Source: Acidimicrobiales bacterium (GTDB lineage: Bacteria > Actinomycetota > Acidimicrobiia > Acidimicrobiales > Bog-793). Taken from it: a stretch of DNA of 64,000 nucleotides. The stretch spans positions 8,135 through 72,134 of the forward strand of contig JBEKBI010000011.1 in assembly GCA_050015475.1 (NCBI GenBank), read 5' to 3'. Made by a program: the position numbers and the translations under genes. Positions 43,301 to 56,504 of this stretch are shown here, one piece after another (positions within the stretch are counted from its first letter, which is position 1; each line of letters starts with the position of its first letter). The notes beneath the pieces were generated by a model. That model saw only the letters and a list, made by a program, of their open reading frames with translations. It was not told the origin of the DNA and searched no databases.

Positions 43301-46222
43301 ATGCAGGTCGTGGCGCGCGACCTGCTTCTCGACGGCCACTCGCTCGCGTACCGGGCGTGGTTCGCCCTGAAGGACGCGCAGATGGCCACGGCTTCCGGGC
43401 AACAGACCCAGGCCGTGTTCGGCTTCGCCTCGATGCTGGCCAAGCTCCTCGAGGACCAGTCGCCGACCGGGATGGCGGTGGCCTTCGACCGAGTCGAGCC
43501 GACGTTTCGTGACTCGCTCGCCGTCACCTACAAAGCCGGCCGGCCGGAGATGCCCGAGCCTCTCGCCGAACAGATCGGGCTCATTCGTCGCCTCGTCGAG
43601 ACCATTGGCGTGCCGGCCGTCGACGCCGAGGGGTACGAGGCCGACGATGTGATCGCGACGCTTGCCACTCGTTTGGCAGCCGCGGGGCACGAGGTCGTGA
43701 TCGTCACCGGTGACCGGGATGCCTACCAGCTCGTGCACGACCCGCTCGTGAAGGTTCTCTACAACCTGCGGGGAGTTAGCGACTACATGCTGTACGACGA
43801 GGCGGGGATCGAGGATAAGACCGGCGTGCGCCCGGAGCTCTACCCGTTCCTGGCCGCGCTCAGGGGAGATCCCTCCGACAATCTTCCCGGGGTCGCCGGT
43901 GTGGGCGCGAAGATCGCCGCCAAACTGGTCAACGCCTACGGCGACGTGGACAATCTCTACGCCCACCTCGATGAGCAAACACCGAAGCTGAAGGCCTCCC
44001 TCGCGCAATGCGAGGCGCAGGTGCGACTCAATCTGCGGATGATCCCACTCGTTCGCGACGTGCCGCTTCCGTACGGCGTGGACGACTTGAGTCTCGGCCG
44101 CTCCGATCGCGCCGAGATGAAGAGTCTGCTCGAGCTGCTCGAGATCCGAGGCCCGCGCGACCGGATCGCCAAGCAACTCGATCGGCTCGAGCCGCTCGCC
44201 GGGCAGTCGACTGCCCGCCCACTGGAGCGTCCCGGGGCGGGGCCGGCGCCCGGCGCGGAGGGAGCCCCGAGGCCGATCCGCGTCGTCGTGCTGGACGAGC
44301 TCGACGATGCCCGGGAATGGCTCAGTTCACTCGCGGCCGCACCGGAGTCGGTCGCCCTTGAGCCGGTTTGGGCGGGAACGCCGGGCAGGTCTGCCATAGA
44401 GGGGCTGGGCTTCGCGGCGCTCGCAGGGACAGCCGCGAGCGATGGCGACGAGCAGGAACCTGACAGCCGGACCGGGGCCGGTGGTGCAGCACTAGTCGTG
44501 GGATGGCTCGACGGCGCCCTGGTGGGCGAGCCGGTCCTTGTCGAAGTTCTGGGCAGGATCCTCGGCTTGGCGGAGGGGGGTCGAAGGCGAGTGGTCGCTC
44601 ATCGGGCGAAAGAGCTCATGCGTGCCCTCGAGCCCCAGGGAGTACGTTTCACGGGGCTCGATCTCGACACGGCCGTCGCCGCCTACCTCCTCGACGCCCG
44701 CGAGGGCCAAGTCCCCCTCTCGGGGCTCGTCGACGCGGTACCGGGCGCCGGGTCCGCCGGGCGAGAGCCCTTTGGCGGGCCGGCATCAGAACAGCTCGGG
44801 TTCGACCTCTCCAGTGCCGACCCGCCAGGGGAAGCGACGGACGGATCATCGGAGCCCGACCGCGTCCCGCTCGGCGCCCTCAAAGCCGCCGAGCAGGTGG
44901 GAATGCTCGGTTGGATCGCGCCGCAGTTACGCAAGGCGCTCGAGGACACGGGCGCGATCCGGCTCTACGAGGACGTGGAGCGCCCACTCATCAGAGTGCT
45001 CGCCAAGATGGAGCTGGCGGGCATAGCCGTCGACATCGAGAAGTTGCGGGCCATCGGCGAGGAGCTGAGGACCGAGTCGACGAGGCTGGAGGGCGAGGTG
45101 CACGAGCTCGCCGGCGAGGATTTCAACGTCAACTCGACCCCTCAGCTCCGGCACATTTTGTTCGACAAGCTCGGGCTAGTCCCCCAGAAGCGCACGAAGA
45201 CCGGATACTCGACCGATGCCCAGAGCCTGATACGCCTGCGCGACGCCCACCCGCTCGTCGACACGCTGCTCCGCTACCGGGAGGTGGAGAAGCTCCGCTC
45301 CACCTACGGAGAGGGGCTGCTGGCGGAGGTGGCGCCCGATGGGCGTATCCACGCCTCTTTCAACCAGACCGTGGCCCGCACCGGGCGCCTGTCGTCCGAC
45401 CAACCGAACCTGCACAACATCCCCGTGCGCAGCGTCCTCGGGCGCCGCTTCCGCGAGGCGTTCGTGCCGTGCCCGGGCGCCGACCTGCTCGTGGCGGACT
45501 ACGACCAGGTCGAGTTGCGCGTCATCGCCCACTTGTCCAACGACCCCGGTCTCGTCGAGGCGTTCCGCTCCGGCCTCGACATCCACAACACGACCGCGGC
45601 ACGGGTCTTCGGCGTCGAGCCGGGAGACGTGACGCTCGCCATGCGCTCGAAGGCGAAGATGATCTCGTACGGACTCGCGTACGGGATGGAGGCCTACGGG
45701 CTATCGCAGCGGCTCGGAGTCGGCGTCGAAGAGGCTGCAGGGATCCTTTCCCAGTATTTCTCGGCTTTCCCGAACGTGAAGCAGTACATGGAGAGATCCG
45801 TGGCCGAGGCCCGCGCCCGCGGGTATACCGAGACCCTGCTCGGGCGCCGTCGTTACCTGCCCGAGCTCGACTCGGCCAACTTCCGCGTGCGCCAGGCCGC
45901 CGAGCGTCAGGCGATGAACGCGGGGATACAGGGCCTTGCGGCGGACATCTTCAAGGTTGCGCTCGTGAACCTCGACCGGGCGATCGACGAACGGGGGCTC
46001 TCGAGCCGGATAGTGCTCCAAGTCCACGACGAGATCCTTGTGGAGGCGGTCGCGGCCGAGCGGGAGGAGATTTGGTCGCTGACCGTCGACGCCATGGAGC
46101 ACGCCTTCGAGCTGCGCGTGCCGCTCGTGGTGCACGTGGCCGCGGGCAAGAGCTGGGCGGCCGGCAAAGAGCCCGCAGCGGAAACGGGGGCTGACTTCGA
46201 TGAGGACGACCCGCTCGAGTGA
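43301..46222 (+). CDS. polA: DNA polymerase I
   Basis: 5'-nuclease N-terminus (LLLDGHSLAYRAWFAL). Polymerase motif A is LLVADYDQVELRV, motif B is RSKAKMISYGLAYG and motif C is LQVHDEIL. The central 3'-5' exonuclease-like region appears degenerate, as is usual in actinobacteria. Confidence 0.95.
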   Translation: MQVVARDLLLDGHSLAYRAWFALKDAQMATASGQQTQAVFGFASMLAKLLEDQSPTGMAVAFDRVEPTFRDSLAVTYKAGRPEMPEPLAEQIGLIRRLVETIGVPAVDAEGYEADDVIATLATRLAAAGHEVVIVTGDRDAYQLVHDPLVKVLYNLRGVSDYMLYDEAGIEDKTGVRPELYPFLAALRGDPSDNLPGVAGVGAKIAAKLVNAYGDVDNLYAHLDEQTPKLKASLAQCEAQVRLNLRMIPLVRDVPLPYGVDDLSLGRSDRAEMKSLLELLEIRGPRDRIAKQLDRLEPLAGQSTARPLERPGAGPAPGAEGAPRPIRVVVLDELDDAREWLSSLAAAPESVALEPVWAGTPGRSAIEGLGFAALAGTAASDGDEQEPDSRTGAGGAALVVGWLDGALVGEPVLVEVLGRILGLAEGGRRRVVAHRAKELMRALEPQGVRFTGLDLDTAVAAYLLDAREGQVPLSGLVDAVPGAGSAGREPFGGPASEQLGFDLSSADPPGEATDGSSEPDRVPLGALKAAEQVGMLGWIAPQLRKALEDTGAIRLYEDVERPLIRVLAKMELAGIAVDIEKLRAIGEELRTESTRLEGEVHELAGEDFNVNSTPQLRHILFDKLGLVPQKRTKTGYSTDAQSLIRLRDAHPLVDTLLRYREVEKLRSTYGEGLLAEVAPDGRIHASFNQTVARTGRLSSDQPNLHNIPVRSVLGRRFREAFVPCPGADLLVADYDQVELRVIAHLSNDPGLVEAFRSGLDIHNTTAARVFGVEPGDVTLAMRSKAKMISYGLAYGMEAYGLSQRLGVGVEEAAGILSQYFSAFPNVKQYMERSVAEARARGYTETLLGRRRYLPELDSANFRVRQAAERQAMNAGIQGLAADIFKVALVNLDRAIDERGLSSRIVLQVHDEILVEAVAAEREEIWSLTVDAMEHAFELRVPLVVHVAAGKSWAAGKEPAAETGADFDEDDPLE

Positions 46223-46406
46223 CATTGTGGGCTGGGGCGGGCCGACAGGTACGCTTGTGGCGCTGTAAGGACGACCGTGGTCAAGCCGCGGCTGGCTGCG
46301 CTTCGTAGCGCGAGATTTTCCCAGTCCTATTTCCGATATCCAACGGTGGTCTCAAACGGCCCGTCGTTGGCGCTGAACCGTCCGAAAAGAGAGCGACCTA
46401 CTTCCC

Positions 46407-47957
46407 ATGTCCGATACGACCAGCACCCCCACTACAGAAGCCATTCCAGATGATGAGCGTTACGGCACCTTCGACGCCGACGGGGTTTACATCCCGCGAC
46501 AGATCGTCGAAGACGACCTCGGCGACATGTCCTTCGCAGACGCCATCGACAAGACGATCGTCGCCTTCGAGGACGGAGACGTCGTCACCGGCAAGGTGGT
46601 CAAGGTCGACAAGGACGAGGTCCTCCTGGACATCGGCTTCAAGTCTGAAGGTGTTATCCCGGCCCGCGAGCTCTCGATTCGCCACGACCTCGATCCGCAC
46701 GACGTCGTCTCGGTCGGCGATGAGATCGAGGCCCTTGTGCTCCAGAAGGAGGACAAGGAAGGCCGGTTGATCCTGTCCAAGAAGCGTGCCCAGTACGAGC
46801 GGGCCTGGGGCACGATCGAGGGCGTCAAGGAGTCCGGCGGTGTCGTCAAGGGCCTTGTGATCGAAGTGGTCAAGGGTGGCCTGATCGTCGACATCGGCTT
46901 GCGCGGCTTCCTTCCCGCCTCGCTCGTCGAGCTGCGGCGGGTGCGCGATCTCCAGCCCTACATCGGAAAGACGCTCGAGGCCAAGATCATCGAGCTCGAC
47001 AAGAACCGCAACAACGTCGTGCTCTCCCGGCGCGCATGGCTCGAGGAGACCCAGCGCGAGCAGCGGGGCGAGTTCCTCGTCAACTTGAAGCCGGGCGAGG
47101 TCCGAAAGGGCGTCGTGTCCTCGGTCGTGAACTTCGGCGCTTTCGTCGACCTCGGGGGCATGGACGGGCTCGTCCACGTCTCGGAGTTGTCCTGGAAGCA
47201 CGTCGACCACCCCTCCTCGGTCGTCGCCGTCGGCGACGAGGTCACAGTCCAGGTTCTCGACGTCGACCTCGACAAGGAGAGGATCAGCCTGTCCTTGAAG
47301 GCGACCCAGGTCGACCCCTGGCAGGAATTCGCCACCAACCACCGGATCGGGGAACTCGTCTACGGCCGGATCACCAAGCTCGTTCCCTTCGGCGCTTTCG
47401 TCCAGGTGGGCGACGGCATCGAGGGCCTCGTGCACATCTCGGAGATGGCTGCCCACCACGTCGACTTGCCCGAGCAGGTTGTGACGCCCGGCGAGGAGCT
47501 CTGGGTCAAGATCATCGACATCGATCTCCAGCGTCGTCGGATCAGCCTGTCGATCAAGCAGGCGGCAGAAGGCGGCGAGGTCGCGGAGGAGTATCGCGAG
47601 GCGTTCGGCGAGCACGCCTATGACGCAGAGGGCAACTACATCGGCTACGACTACTCGGCGACCGACTTCACGCCCGAGACCGAGAGCCAGGCGGCATGGG
47701 CGGACCTGCTGGCCGCCAACGAGGCCGCAAGCGCGGCCGCAGCCGGGCTGGAGGCGGGTGGGGACGTCGCCAGCGAGCCTGCACAAGGCACCGAGGAGCC
47801 TCCAGCGGCCCGAGAGGCCGAGCCCGCGGATGTGATCGCGCCCGAGCCTGCAGCCGAGGCCGAGCCGGTCGCGACAGACGCAACCGAGCCGGCGACGGAG
47901 CCTGCCGCGGAGCCTGAAGTCGGTTCGGCCCCGTCCGACGAGGCGTCCACGGAGTAG
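46407..47957 (+). CDS. rpsA: 30S ribosomal protein S1
   Basis: Four or more S1 repeats (GDVVTGKVVKVDKDEVLLDIG, VVKGLVIEVVKGGLIVDIG, and others) plus an acidic Ala/Glu/Pro-rich C-terminal tail. Confidence 0.95.
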   Translation: MSDTTSTPTTEAIPDDERYGTFDADGVYIPRQIVEDDLGDMSFADAIDKTIVAFEDGDVVTGKVVKVDKDEVLLDIGFKSEGVIPARELSIRHDLDPHDVVSVGDEIEALVLQKEDKEGRLILSKKRAQYERAWGTIEGVKESGGVVKGLVIEVVKGGLIVDIGLRGFLPASLVELRRVRDLQPYIGKTLEAKIIELDKNRNNVVLSRRAWLEETQREQRGEFLVNLKPGEVRKGVVSSVVNFGAFVDLGGMDGLVHVSELSWKHVDHPSSVVAVGDEVTVQVLDVDLDKERISLSLKATQVDPWQEFATNHRIGELVYGRITKLVPFGAFVQVGDGIEGLVHISEMAAHHVDLPEQVVTPGEELWVKIIDIDLQRRRISLSIKQAAEGGEVAEEYREAFGEHAYDAEGNYIGYDYSATDFTPETESQAAWADLLAANEAASAAAAGLEAGGDVASEPAQGTEEPPAAREAEPADVIAPEPAAEAEPVATDATEPATEPAAEPEVGSAPSDEASTE

Positions 47958-48155
47958 GAAAGTCCCGGCCCCGACGGCTGTGGCCAGCTTTCCGGGTCGG
48001 CCGGTTTCAGCGGTGAGCCGCCCGCCGGACATCACTGTCGCCTGTCAGACCGGTTCCAGCCGGCGGCCGGCGACACCCGAGCGAACCCCCTCCCCAGGCG
48101 CGGGCCGAGGCCGGAGCCGCGAGCCTGGCCGCGCCGGCTCGAACGGGCATCTGCG

Positions 48156-49322
48156 GTGAACAGCGCCGAGGTGAGTGAAGAAGCGACGAGGCCGCATCCC
48201 GGTGTCGAGCGGTGGAGGACCATGGCGCCTGCGCTGCGGGCGGCCGCCCTCCCCTTCGTTGCCTCGCGAGCAATGGCCCTTGTCGGGGTCATCATCGCTC
48301 GTTTGGTCACGAGCGGGCTCCATCTCGGCTCCGCGGCCCGCTCGGCGAGCCATTCAGGCTTGCTCGGCTGGGACGCCACTTGGTACGAGAGGATCGCCGC
48401 GCAGGGTTATTCGAGCCTTCCCCGGAGCGCTCTGCGATTCTTTCCGCTGCTACCGGTGCTGGCGAGGTCGCTCAGGGCCGTGCCCGGGATGACGGTCGGG
48501 ATGTCCGTGCTCGTAGTGGCCAACGTGGCTTGTTTCGGGGCGTTCGCGGCCCTTTATCACCTCGTCAAGATCGAGCTCGGCGACGAGGCGTGCGCCCGCC
48601 GAGCCGTCTGGCTGCTCGCGATCGCGCCCCCGGCGTTCGTCCTCGTCATGGGCTACGCGGAGTCGTTGCTCATCATGGCGTCGGTGCTGACGTTCCTCGG
48701 GCTCAGGCAGCGCCACTACGGGCTCGCGATCTGCGCCGGTTTCCTGGCCGGGCTCTCGCGGCCCGTAGGGATGCTGCTCGCGATCCCTGCCCTGGTCGAG
48801 CTCATCAAGGATTGGCGGTCCTCCTCGGGCCGGGAGCGCACCTTCGGGATCGGGGCCGTATTGGCAGCCCCTGCCGGGGCGGCGGCCTATCTCGGCTGGG
48901 CCGAAGAGATAGTCGGGAGCTTCCTCGCCCCGTTGCGGGAGCAGCTCTCAGTGACGCATCGGGGCGTCATCAGCGATCCGTTCCTGACCATCGGCCGCGA
49001 TTTGCGAGACTTGGCGCACGCCAGCCATTTCGGCACGACCGAGCACGCCTTCTGGGCGATCTTGCTGGTGGCACTCGCCGTCGTCATCTTCAGGAAGCTG
49101 CCGGCTGCCTACGGGTGGTATGCGGCCTCGGTGCTCGTCGTGGTGCTCACGGCTTCAAACTTCGACTCCTTGGAACGTTTCGGCTTGGGCTGCTTCCCCT
49201 TCGTGGTGGCGGCCGCCATGCTCACGAGGAGCCGGAGGACCTACTGGATCGTGGCCGGCCTCTCGGCCTCGCTGTTCATGACTTACGCGATACTCGCCTT
49301 CATCGGCGTGTATGTGCCGTGA
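48156..49322 (+). CDS. polytopic membrane protein, PIG-V/GT-C-like mannosyltransferase family (tentative)
   Basis: At least 8 hydrophobic segments. The first loop carries GWDATWYERIAAQGY, reminiscent of PIG-V-type mannosyltransferases. An alternative start is ATG 48222. Confidence 0.6.
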   Translation: MNSAEVSEEATRPHPGVERWRTMAPALRAAALPFVASRAMALVGVIIARLVTSGLHLGSAARSASHSGLLGWDATWYERIAAQGYSSLPRSALRFFPLLPVLARSLRAVPGMTVGMSVLVVANVACFGAFAALYHLVKIELGDEACARRAVWLLAIAPPAFVLVMGYAESLLIMASVLTFLGLRQRHYGLAICAGFLAGLSRPVGMLLAIPALVELIKDWRSSSGRERTFGIGAVLAAPAGAAAYLGWAEEIVGSFLAPLREQLSVTHRGVISDPFLTIGRDLRDLAHASHFGTTEHAFWAILLVALAVVIFRKLPAAYGWYAASVLVVVLTASNFDSLERFGLGCFPFVVAAAMLTRSRRTYWIVAGLSASLFMTYAILAFIGVYVP

Positions 49323-49420
49323 AACCGGTGCTTTCGGAGTGGTTAGCGTGAGACGCAGGTCATGGCCGGGTGATCGGCGCCGGGCAGCGTGCAGTTTTCG
49401 CGCGAGTTGACGGAGGGCGC

Positions 49421-50068
49421 GTGATCGTAGTCGGTTTGACAGGGGGAATCGGCTCGGGCAAGTCGGCCGTCGCGGCGCGCTTGGCGGCACGGGGCGCGGT
49501 CGTCATCGATGCCGACGACGTCGCGCACGAGGTCGTGCAGCCCGGTCGACGAGGGTTCACCAAGGTCGTTGAGCGCTTCGGCCCGGCGGTGGTGGCGCCG
49601 GACGGGGAAATCGACCGCGCCCAGTTGGCCGCGATCGTGTTCAACGATCGCGAGGCCCTTTCTGATCTCGAGGCGATCGTCCATCCTGCGGTGTGGGCAG
49701 AGATCACTGCCAGGCTTGCGTCGTTGTGGGGCGGTGACGACATCGTCGTTTTGGACATCCCGCTCCTGGTCGAAAGCGGCGGTCGGGACCGTTACGGTCT
49801 TCAGGCCGTGATCGTGGTCGACACGCCGGTTGGCCTCGCAGTTGAGCGGCTCGTGCAGGAGCGGAGGATGGACCGTTCCGCGGCCGAGGCCAGGATTGCC
49901 CGCCAGGCCAGCAGAGAGGAACGGCTTGCCCAGGCGGACTTCGTGATCTCGAACGTGGGCACGCCCGATGATCTCGATGCAAGCGTCGCGGCCGCCTGGG
50001 AGTGGATGAAGGCCTTGCAGGCCCTTGGCACCGGCGGCAGGGGAGCGGGGACAGGTAGTCCTCGCTGA
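49421..50068 (+). CDS. coaE: dephospho-CoA kinase
   Basis: [16 protein letters not shown]-loop and [11 protein letters not shown]. Start is GTG 49421. Confidence 0.9.
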   Translation: MIVVGLTGGIGSGKSAVAARLAARGAVVIDADDVAHEVVQPGRRGFTKVVERFGPAVVAPDGEIDRAQLAAIVFNDREALSDLEAIVHPAVWAEITARLASLWGGDDIVVLDIPLLVESGGRDRYGLQAVIVVDTPVGLAVERLVQERRMDRSAAEARIARQASREERLAQADFVISNVGTPDDLDASVAAAWEWMKALQALGTGGRGAGTGSPR

Positions 50069-50109
50069 CTGTGGCCCTGCGGCGCGCAGGCGGTCGGTAC
50101 CATGCCGAA

Positions 50110-52203
50110 GTGCCTGAATTCCGCGTAGTCGCCGACTTCGAGCCCGCCGGCGATCAGCCGGTGGCGATCGAGGCGCTGGTCCGCGGGATAAATGGGGGCG
50201 ACCGCTTCCAGACCCTGCTCGGTATCACGGGGAGCGGAAAGAGCGCGACCATCGCCTGGACCATCGAGCAGATCCGGCGCCCGACGCTCGTTCTCGCCCC
50301 CAACAAGTCGCTCGCGGCCCAGCTGGCGGGGGAGTTGAGGGGTTTCTTCCCTGACAACCGCGTCGAGTACTTCGTCTCCTACTACGACTACTACCAGCCC
50401 GAGGCCTACCTTCCCGCCTCAGACACCTACATCGAGAAGGACTCGTCCATCAACGACGAGATCGACCGGCTCAGGCACTCGACGACAGCGAGCCTGCTCA
50501 CGCGACGCGACGTCGTCGTCGTGGCGTCCGTCTCGTGCATCTACGGTCTCGGGTCCCCCGAGGAGTATCGGGACCAAATCCTCATGCTGTCGGCGGGCGA
50601 GACGCACGAGCAGCATTCGGTGCTCACACGCCTGGTGGACATGCACTACGAGCGCAACGACGCCAACTTGGTGCGGGGGAATTTCCGCGTCCGGGGAGAC
50701 ACGATCGAGGTGCACCCCGCCTACGACGAGTACGCGGTTCGGATCGAGCTCTACGGCGACGAGGTCGAGCGTTTGAGCAGGTTCGACGCCCTCACTGGCG
50801 AGGTGTTGGGCGATCTCGAGCAGCTGATCATCTTCCCGGCCACGCACTACGTGGCCGGTGACGAACGCACGCGCCGCGCCATCGCCTCGATCGAGGTCGA
50901 GCTCGGCGAGCGCCTCAGCGAGCTCGACCAGGCCGGGAAGCTGCTCGAGTCCCAGCGCCTGCGCATGCGGACCGAGCACGATCTCGAGATGCTCGCCGAG
51001 CTCGGCAGCTGCAGCGGCGTGGAGAACTACAGCCGACACCTGGACGGCCGTGAGCCCGGACAGCCGCCGTTCACTCTGCTCGACTACTTCCCTGAGGACT
51101 GGCTGCTAGTCGTCGACGAGAGTCACGTAACTGTGCCCCAGCTTCACGGCCAGTTCGCCGGTGACCGCTCACGCAAGGAAATCCTCGTCGAGCACGGGTT
51201 CAGGCTCCCCTCGGCGCTCGACAACCGACCGCTCCGCTTCGAGGAGCTCGAGGCCCGCATCAACCAGTGCGTGTTCATGTCGGCGACGCCGTCCGACTAC
51301 GAGATCTCGGTGTCGAGCCAGGTCGTCGAGCAGATCGTGCGCCCCACCGGCCTCGTCGACCCAGAGGTGGTCCTAAAGCCGACGAAGGGCCAGATCGACG
51401 ACCTGATCGCCGAGATCGAGACCACGACCAGGCGCGGGGAACGGGTGCTGGTGACGACTCTCACCAAGAAGATGGCCGAGGATCTCGCCGACTACCTGCT
51501 CGAGACGGGCCTCAAGGTCCGCTATCTGCACTCGAACATCGACACCATCGAGCGGATCGAGATCGTAAGGGACCTGCGCCTAGGCGAGTTCGACGTGCTC
51601 GTTGGCATCAACCTGTTGCGTGAGGGACTCGACCTGCCCGAGGTGGCGCTCGTCGCCATCCTCGACGCCGACAAGGAGGGCTTCCTCCGCTCCAAGACTT
51701 CGCTCATCCAGACCATGGGACGCGCGGCGAGAAACGTCTCGGGCCGGGTCATCTTGTATGCGGACGTGATCACCGACTCGATGAGGGGGGCGATCGCCGA
51801 GACCCAGCGGCGTCGCATCGTGCAGGAGGAATACAACAAGGAGCACGGGATCGACCCGCAAACGATCCGCAAGGCCGTGACCGACCTCGTGGCCCAGTTC
51901 CGCAGCGCCTCGGGAGCGGGCGGCGATGGCTTCGGGGCCGGCGCGCCGCTGCCGAGCCGCGTTGGCTCCGATCGCTCGCGCCGTGCGGGGCAAAGGGCGG
52001 TGCAGCGGGCCGCGGACCTGTTGGACGTGCCCTTCAGCGGGAGGGTCGGGAACGGAGAGCTGCCCGCGGACGAGCTCGGTCGGCTGATCGCGACCCTCGA
52101 GCGTGAGATGGAGGCAGCCGCTGCCGAACTCCGATTCGAGTACGCGGCCCGATTGAGAGACGAGATCCGCTCGCTTCGTCGCGAGCTGAGGGAGGTCGGG
52201 TGA
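50110..52203 (+). CDS. uvrB: excinuclease ABC subunit B
   Basis: [26 protein letters not shown] and [11 protein letters not shown] motifs, with a C-terminal UVR motif ([11 protein letters not shown]). Start GTG 50110 or 50071. Confidence 0.95.
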   Translation: MPEFRVVADFEPAGDQPVAIEALVRGINGGDRFQTLLGITGSGKSATIAWTIEQIRRPTLVLAPNKSLAAQLAGELRGFFPDNRVEYFVSYYDYYQPEAYLPASDTYIEKDSSINDEIDRLRHSTTASLLTRRDVVVVASVSCIYGLGSPEEYRDQILMLSAGETHEQHSVLTRLVDMHYERNDANLVRGNFRVRGDTIEVHPAYDEYAVRIELYGDEVERLSRFDALTGEVLGDLEQLIIFPATHYVAGDERTRRAIASIEVELGERLSELDQAGKLLESQRLRMRTEHDLEMLAELGSCSGVENYSRHLDGREPGQPPFTLLDYFPEDWLLVVDESHVTVPQLHGQFAGDRSRKEILVEHGFRLPSALDNRPLRFEELEARINQCVFMSATPSDYEISVSSQVVEQIVRPTGLVDPEVVLKPTKGQIDDLIAEIETTTRRGERVLVTTLTKKMAEDLADYLLETGLKVRYLHSNIDTIERIEIVRDLRLGEFDVLVGINLLREGLDLPEVALVAILDADKEGFLRSKTSLIQTMGRAARNVSGRVILYADVITDSMRGAIAETQRRRIVQEEYNKEHGIDPQTIRKAVTDLVAQFRSASGAGGDGFGAGAPLPSRVGSDRSRRAGQRAVQRAADLLDVPFSGRVGNGELPADELGRLIATLEREMEAAAAELRFEYAARLRDEIRSLRRELREVG

Positions 52204-52284
52204 GCTTCGAGCCGAAGCTCTCGCGTCGCGCTTGCAGTGCCGGACGCCGGGCAGCATGCCCCGGCAGCTCGGTAGTCTTCGCAC

Positions 52285-55215
<2,931 letters not shown>

Positions 55216-55278
55216 GGACGTGGCCGACCGGCGGGGCTAAGCACAGCAGTCGAGTCGAGCGCGACGGGGGGGTTAGGT

Positions 55279-55761
55279 GTGACCGGGGATACTGAGAATC
55301 AGGCAGAAGACGGGCGCAAGCAGGAGGCGGTCGCGGCCTTCAACCGGGCCTGGGAGCTGATCGAGGCGACCGGTCGCACAGGGGAGGACGACGCCGAGAT
55401 GCTCGCGGCGGCCTTCGCGTCGCGTTGCCTCTGGGACCTTGTCGGCGGTGACGAGCCCTGTGCCATAGGCGACTGGCAGATCGCGCACGTGGCGAGCCTC
55501 CTCGGATACGCGGATCTGTCCCTATCGCGGGCCAACAGCGCCCTCCAGCTCGTCGTGGCCGACGGTTGGACGGACTGGCGCCTCGCCTCGTGCTACGAGG
55601 GGATGGCTCGGGCCGAAGCCGCCGCCGGCAACCGGGCGGAGCGCGACCGCTTCGCCGCTCTCGCCCGCGAGGTACTCGCCGGCCTCGACGACGAGGAGGA
55701 TCGGGAGCTGATCGCGTCGCAACTGGCGAGCATCCCCGGCCTCGAGCCGCCTGCGTCCTGA
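55279..55761 (+). CDS. hypothetical helical (TPR-like) protein
   Basis: 160-aa ORF with natural composition. No motif recognised. Confidence 0.55.
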   Translation: MTGDTENQAEDGRKQEAVAAFNRAWELIEATGRTGEDDAEMLAAAFASRCLWDLVGGDEPCAIGDWQIAHVASLLGYADLSLSRANSALQLVVADGWTDWRLASCYEGMARAEAAAGNRAERDRFAALAREVLAGLDDEEDRELIASQLASIPGLEPPAS

Positions 55762-55825
55762 GCCGACGGTCCGGGGCGGGTGCGCCTGTAGACGGTGCGG
55801 GACGAATGGTGTCCCGGCTGGCTTG

Positions 55826-56473
55826 TCAGAACGGCTTGAGGTCGACTCCCGCGGGGATCCCGGCGCGTCCGTAGATCCAGGCGAGGAGTGCCGCGCGTTG
55901 CGTGGGGTCGTCGATCATTCCCGGCAGGCGCTCAAGCGCGTTGGGGAGGTCGGCGCTGACGAAGGCCTCGGGCCAGTCGGATGTCCGGTACCCGAGTCCG
56001 AGATCGGCATGGTGGACTTCGACCTCGCGCCATCTCGCCACCGGCAGGAGGCGTCCGGGGACCTCGGACCCGTCCGGGCGCAGCCAGTGACGGTGCCAAG
56101 CGTCTGGACCCACGGCGGAGAAGGTCTCGTCAAGTCGACAGGCCGACTCGCGCACGTCCTCCACGATCGCCGCGGCCGGTCGTGTCGCGCCCTCGTCGAT
56201 GTCCCGGCTCCGTTGCGCCGGGCCACCCGGGTACTGGGGCACCTTCAGGTCCTGGGCGGCCGAGCGAAGGATCCACACGAAGGAATCCGCATTGCGGGCG
56301 ATGTGGGTGAGCACATGCCCGATCGTCCAGCCGCTGAGCTGGCTGTCCCGGCTGGCGTCCAGGTCCTTGGCGGACTCAAGGGTCGCCAGCAGCCTCGCGG
56401 TCGCCTGACGGGACCCCTCGATCTCGCGCTCGATCGAGGCGAGATCGGACCTGGCCTGCTCGGATTCGCTCAT
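55826..56473 (-). CDS. maleylpyruvate isomerase-family / DinB-like mycothiol-dependent enzyme
   Basis: SGWTIGHVLTHIARNAD (DinB-type metal-binding helix) and the C-terminal WREVEVHHADLGLGY are typical of the TIGR03083-type family. Start is ATG 56473. Confidence 0.8.
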   Translation of the reverse strand: MSESEQARSDLASIEREIEGSRQATARLLATLESAKDLDASRDSQLSGWTIGHVLTHIARNADSFVWILRSAAQDLKVPQYPGGPAQRSRDIDEGATRPAAAIVEDVRESACRLDETFSAVGPDAWHRHWLRPDGSEVPGRLLPVARWREVEVHHADLGLGYRTSDWPEAFVSADLPNALERLPGMIDDPTQRAALLAWIYGRAGIPAGVDLKPF

Positions 56474-56504
56474 GGGCCCAAGGCTAGGCGGCCGCGGCTG
56501 GGGC

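Noticed and set aside
42025-44176. Two very long minus-strand ORFs (500 and 617 aa) antisense to ecfT, pdtaR and polA.
   Set aside because: Same reasoning: low-complexity Arg/Ser/Ala-rich translation, and the sense-strand genes carry unmistakable catalytic motifs.
44503-46194. Long same-strand alternative-frame ORFs inside real genes: 563 aa inside polA, and also 48212-49351 and 61213-62241.
   Set aside because: Their composition is extremely Arg/Gly/Pro/Ala-rich, typical of a +1/+2 frame of G+C-rich coding DNA. There is no evidence for overlapping genes.
46398-48035. 545-aa minus-strand ORF covering all of rpsA.
   Set aside because: This is the mirror frame of the S1 repeats. It is Leu/Asp/Val/Gly/Arg-rich with no independent signal, and rpsA on the plus strand is certain.
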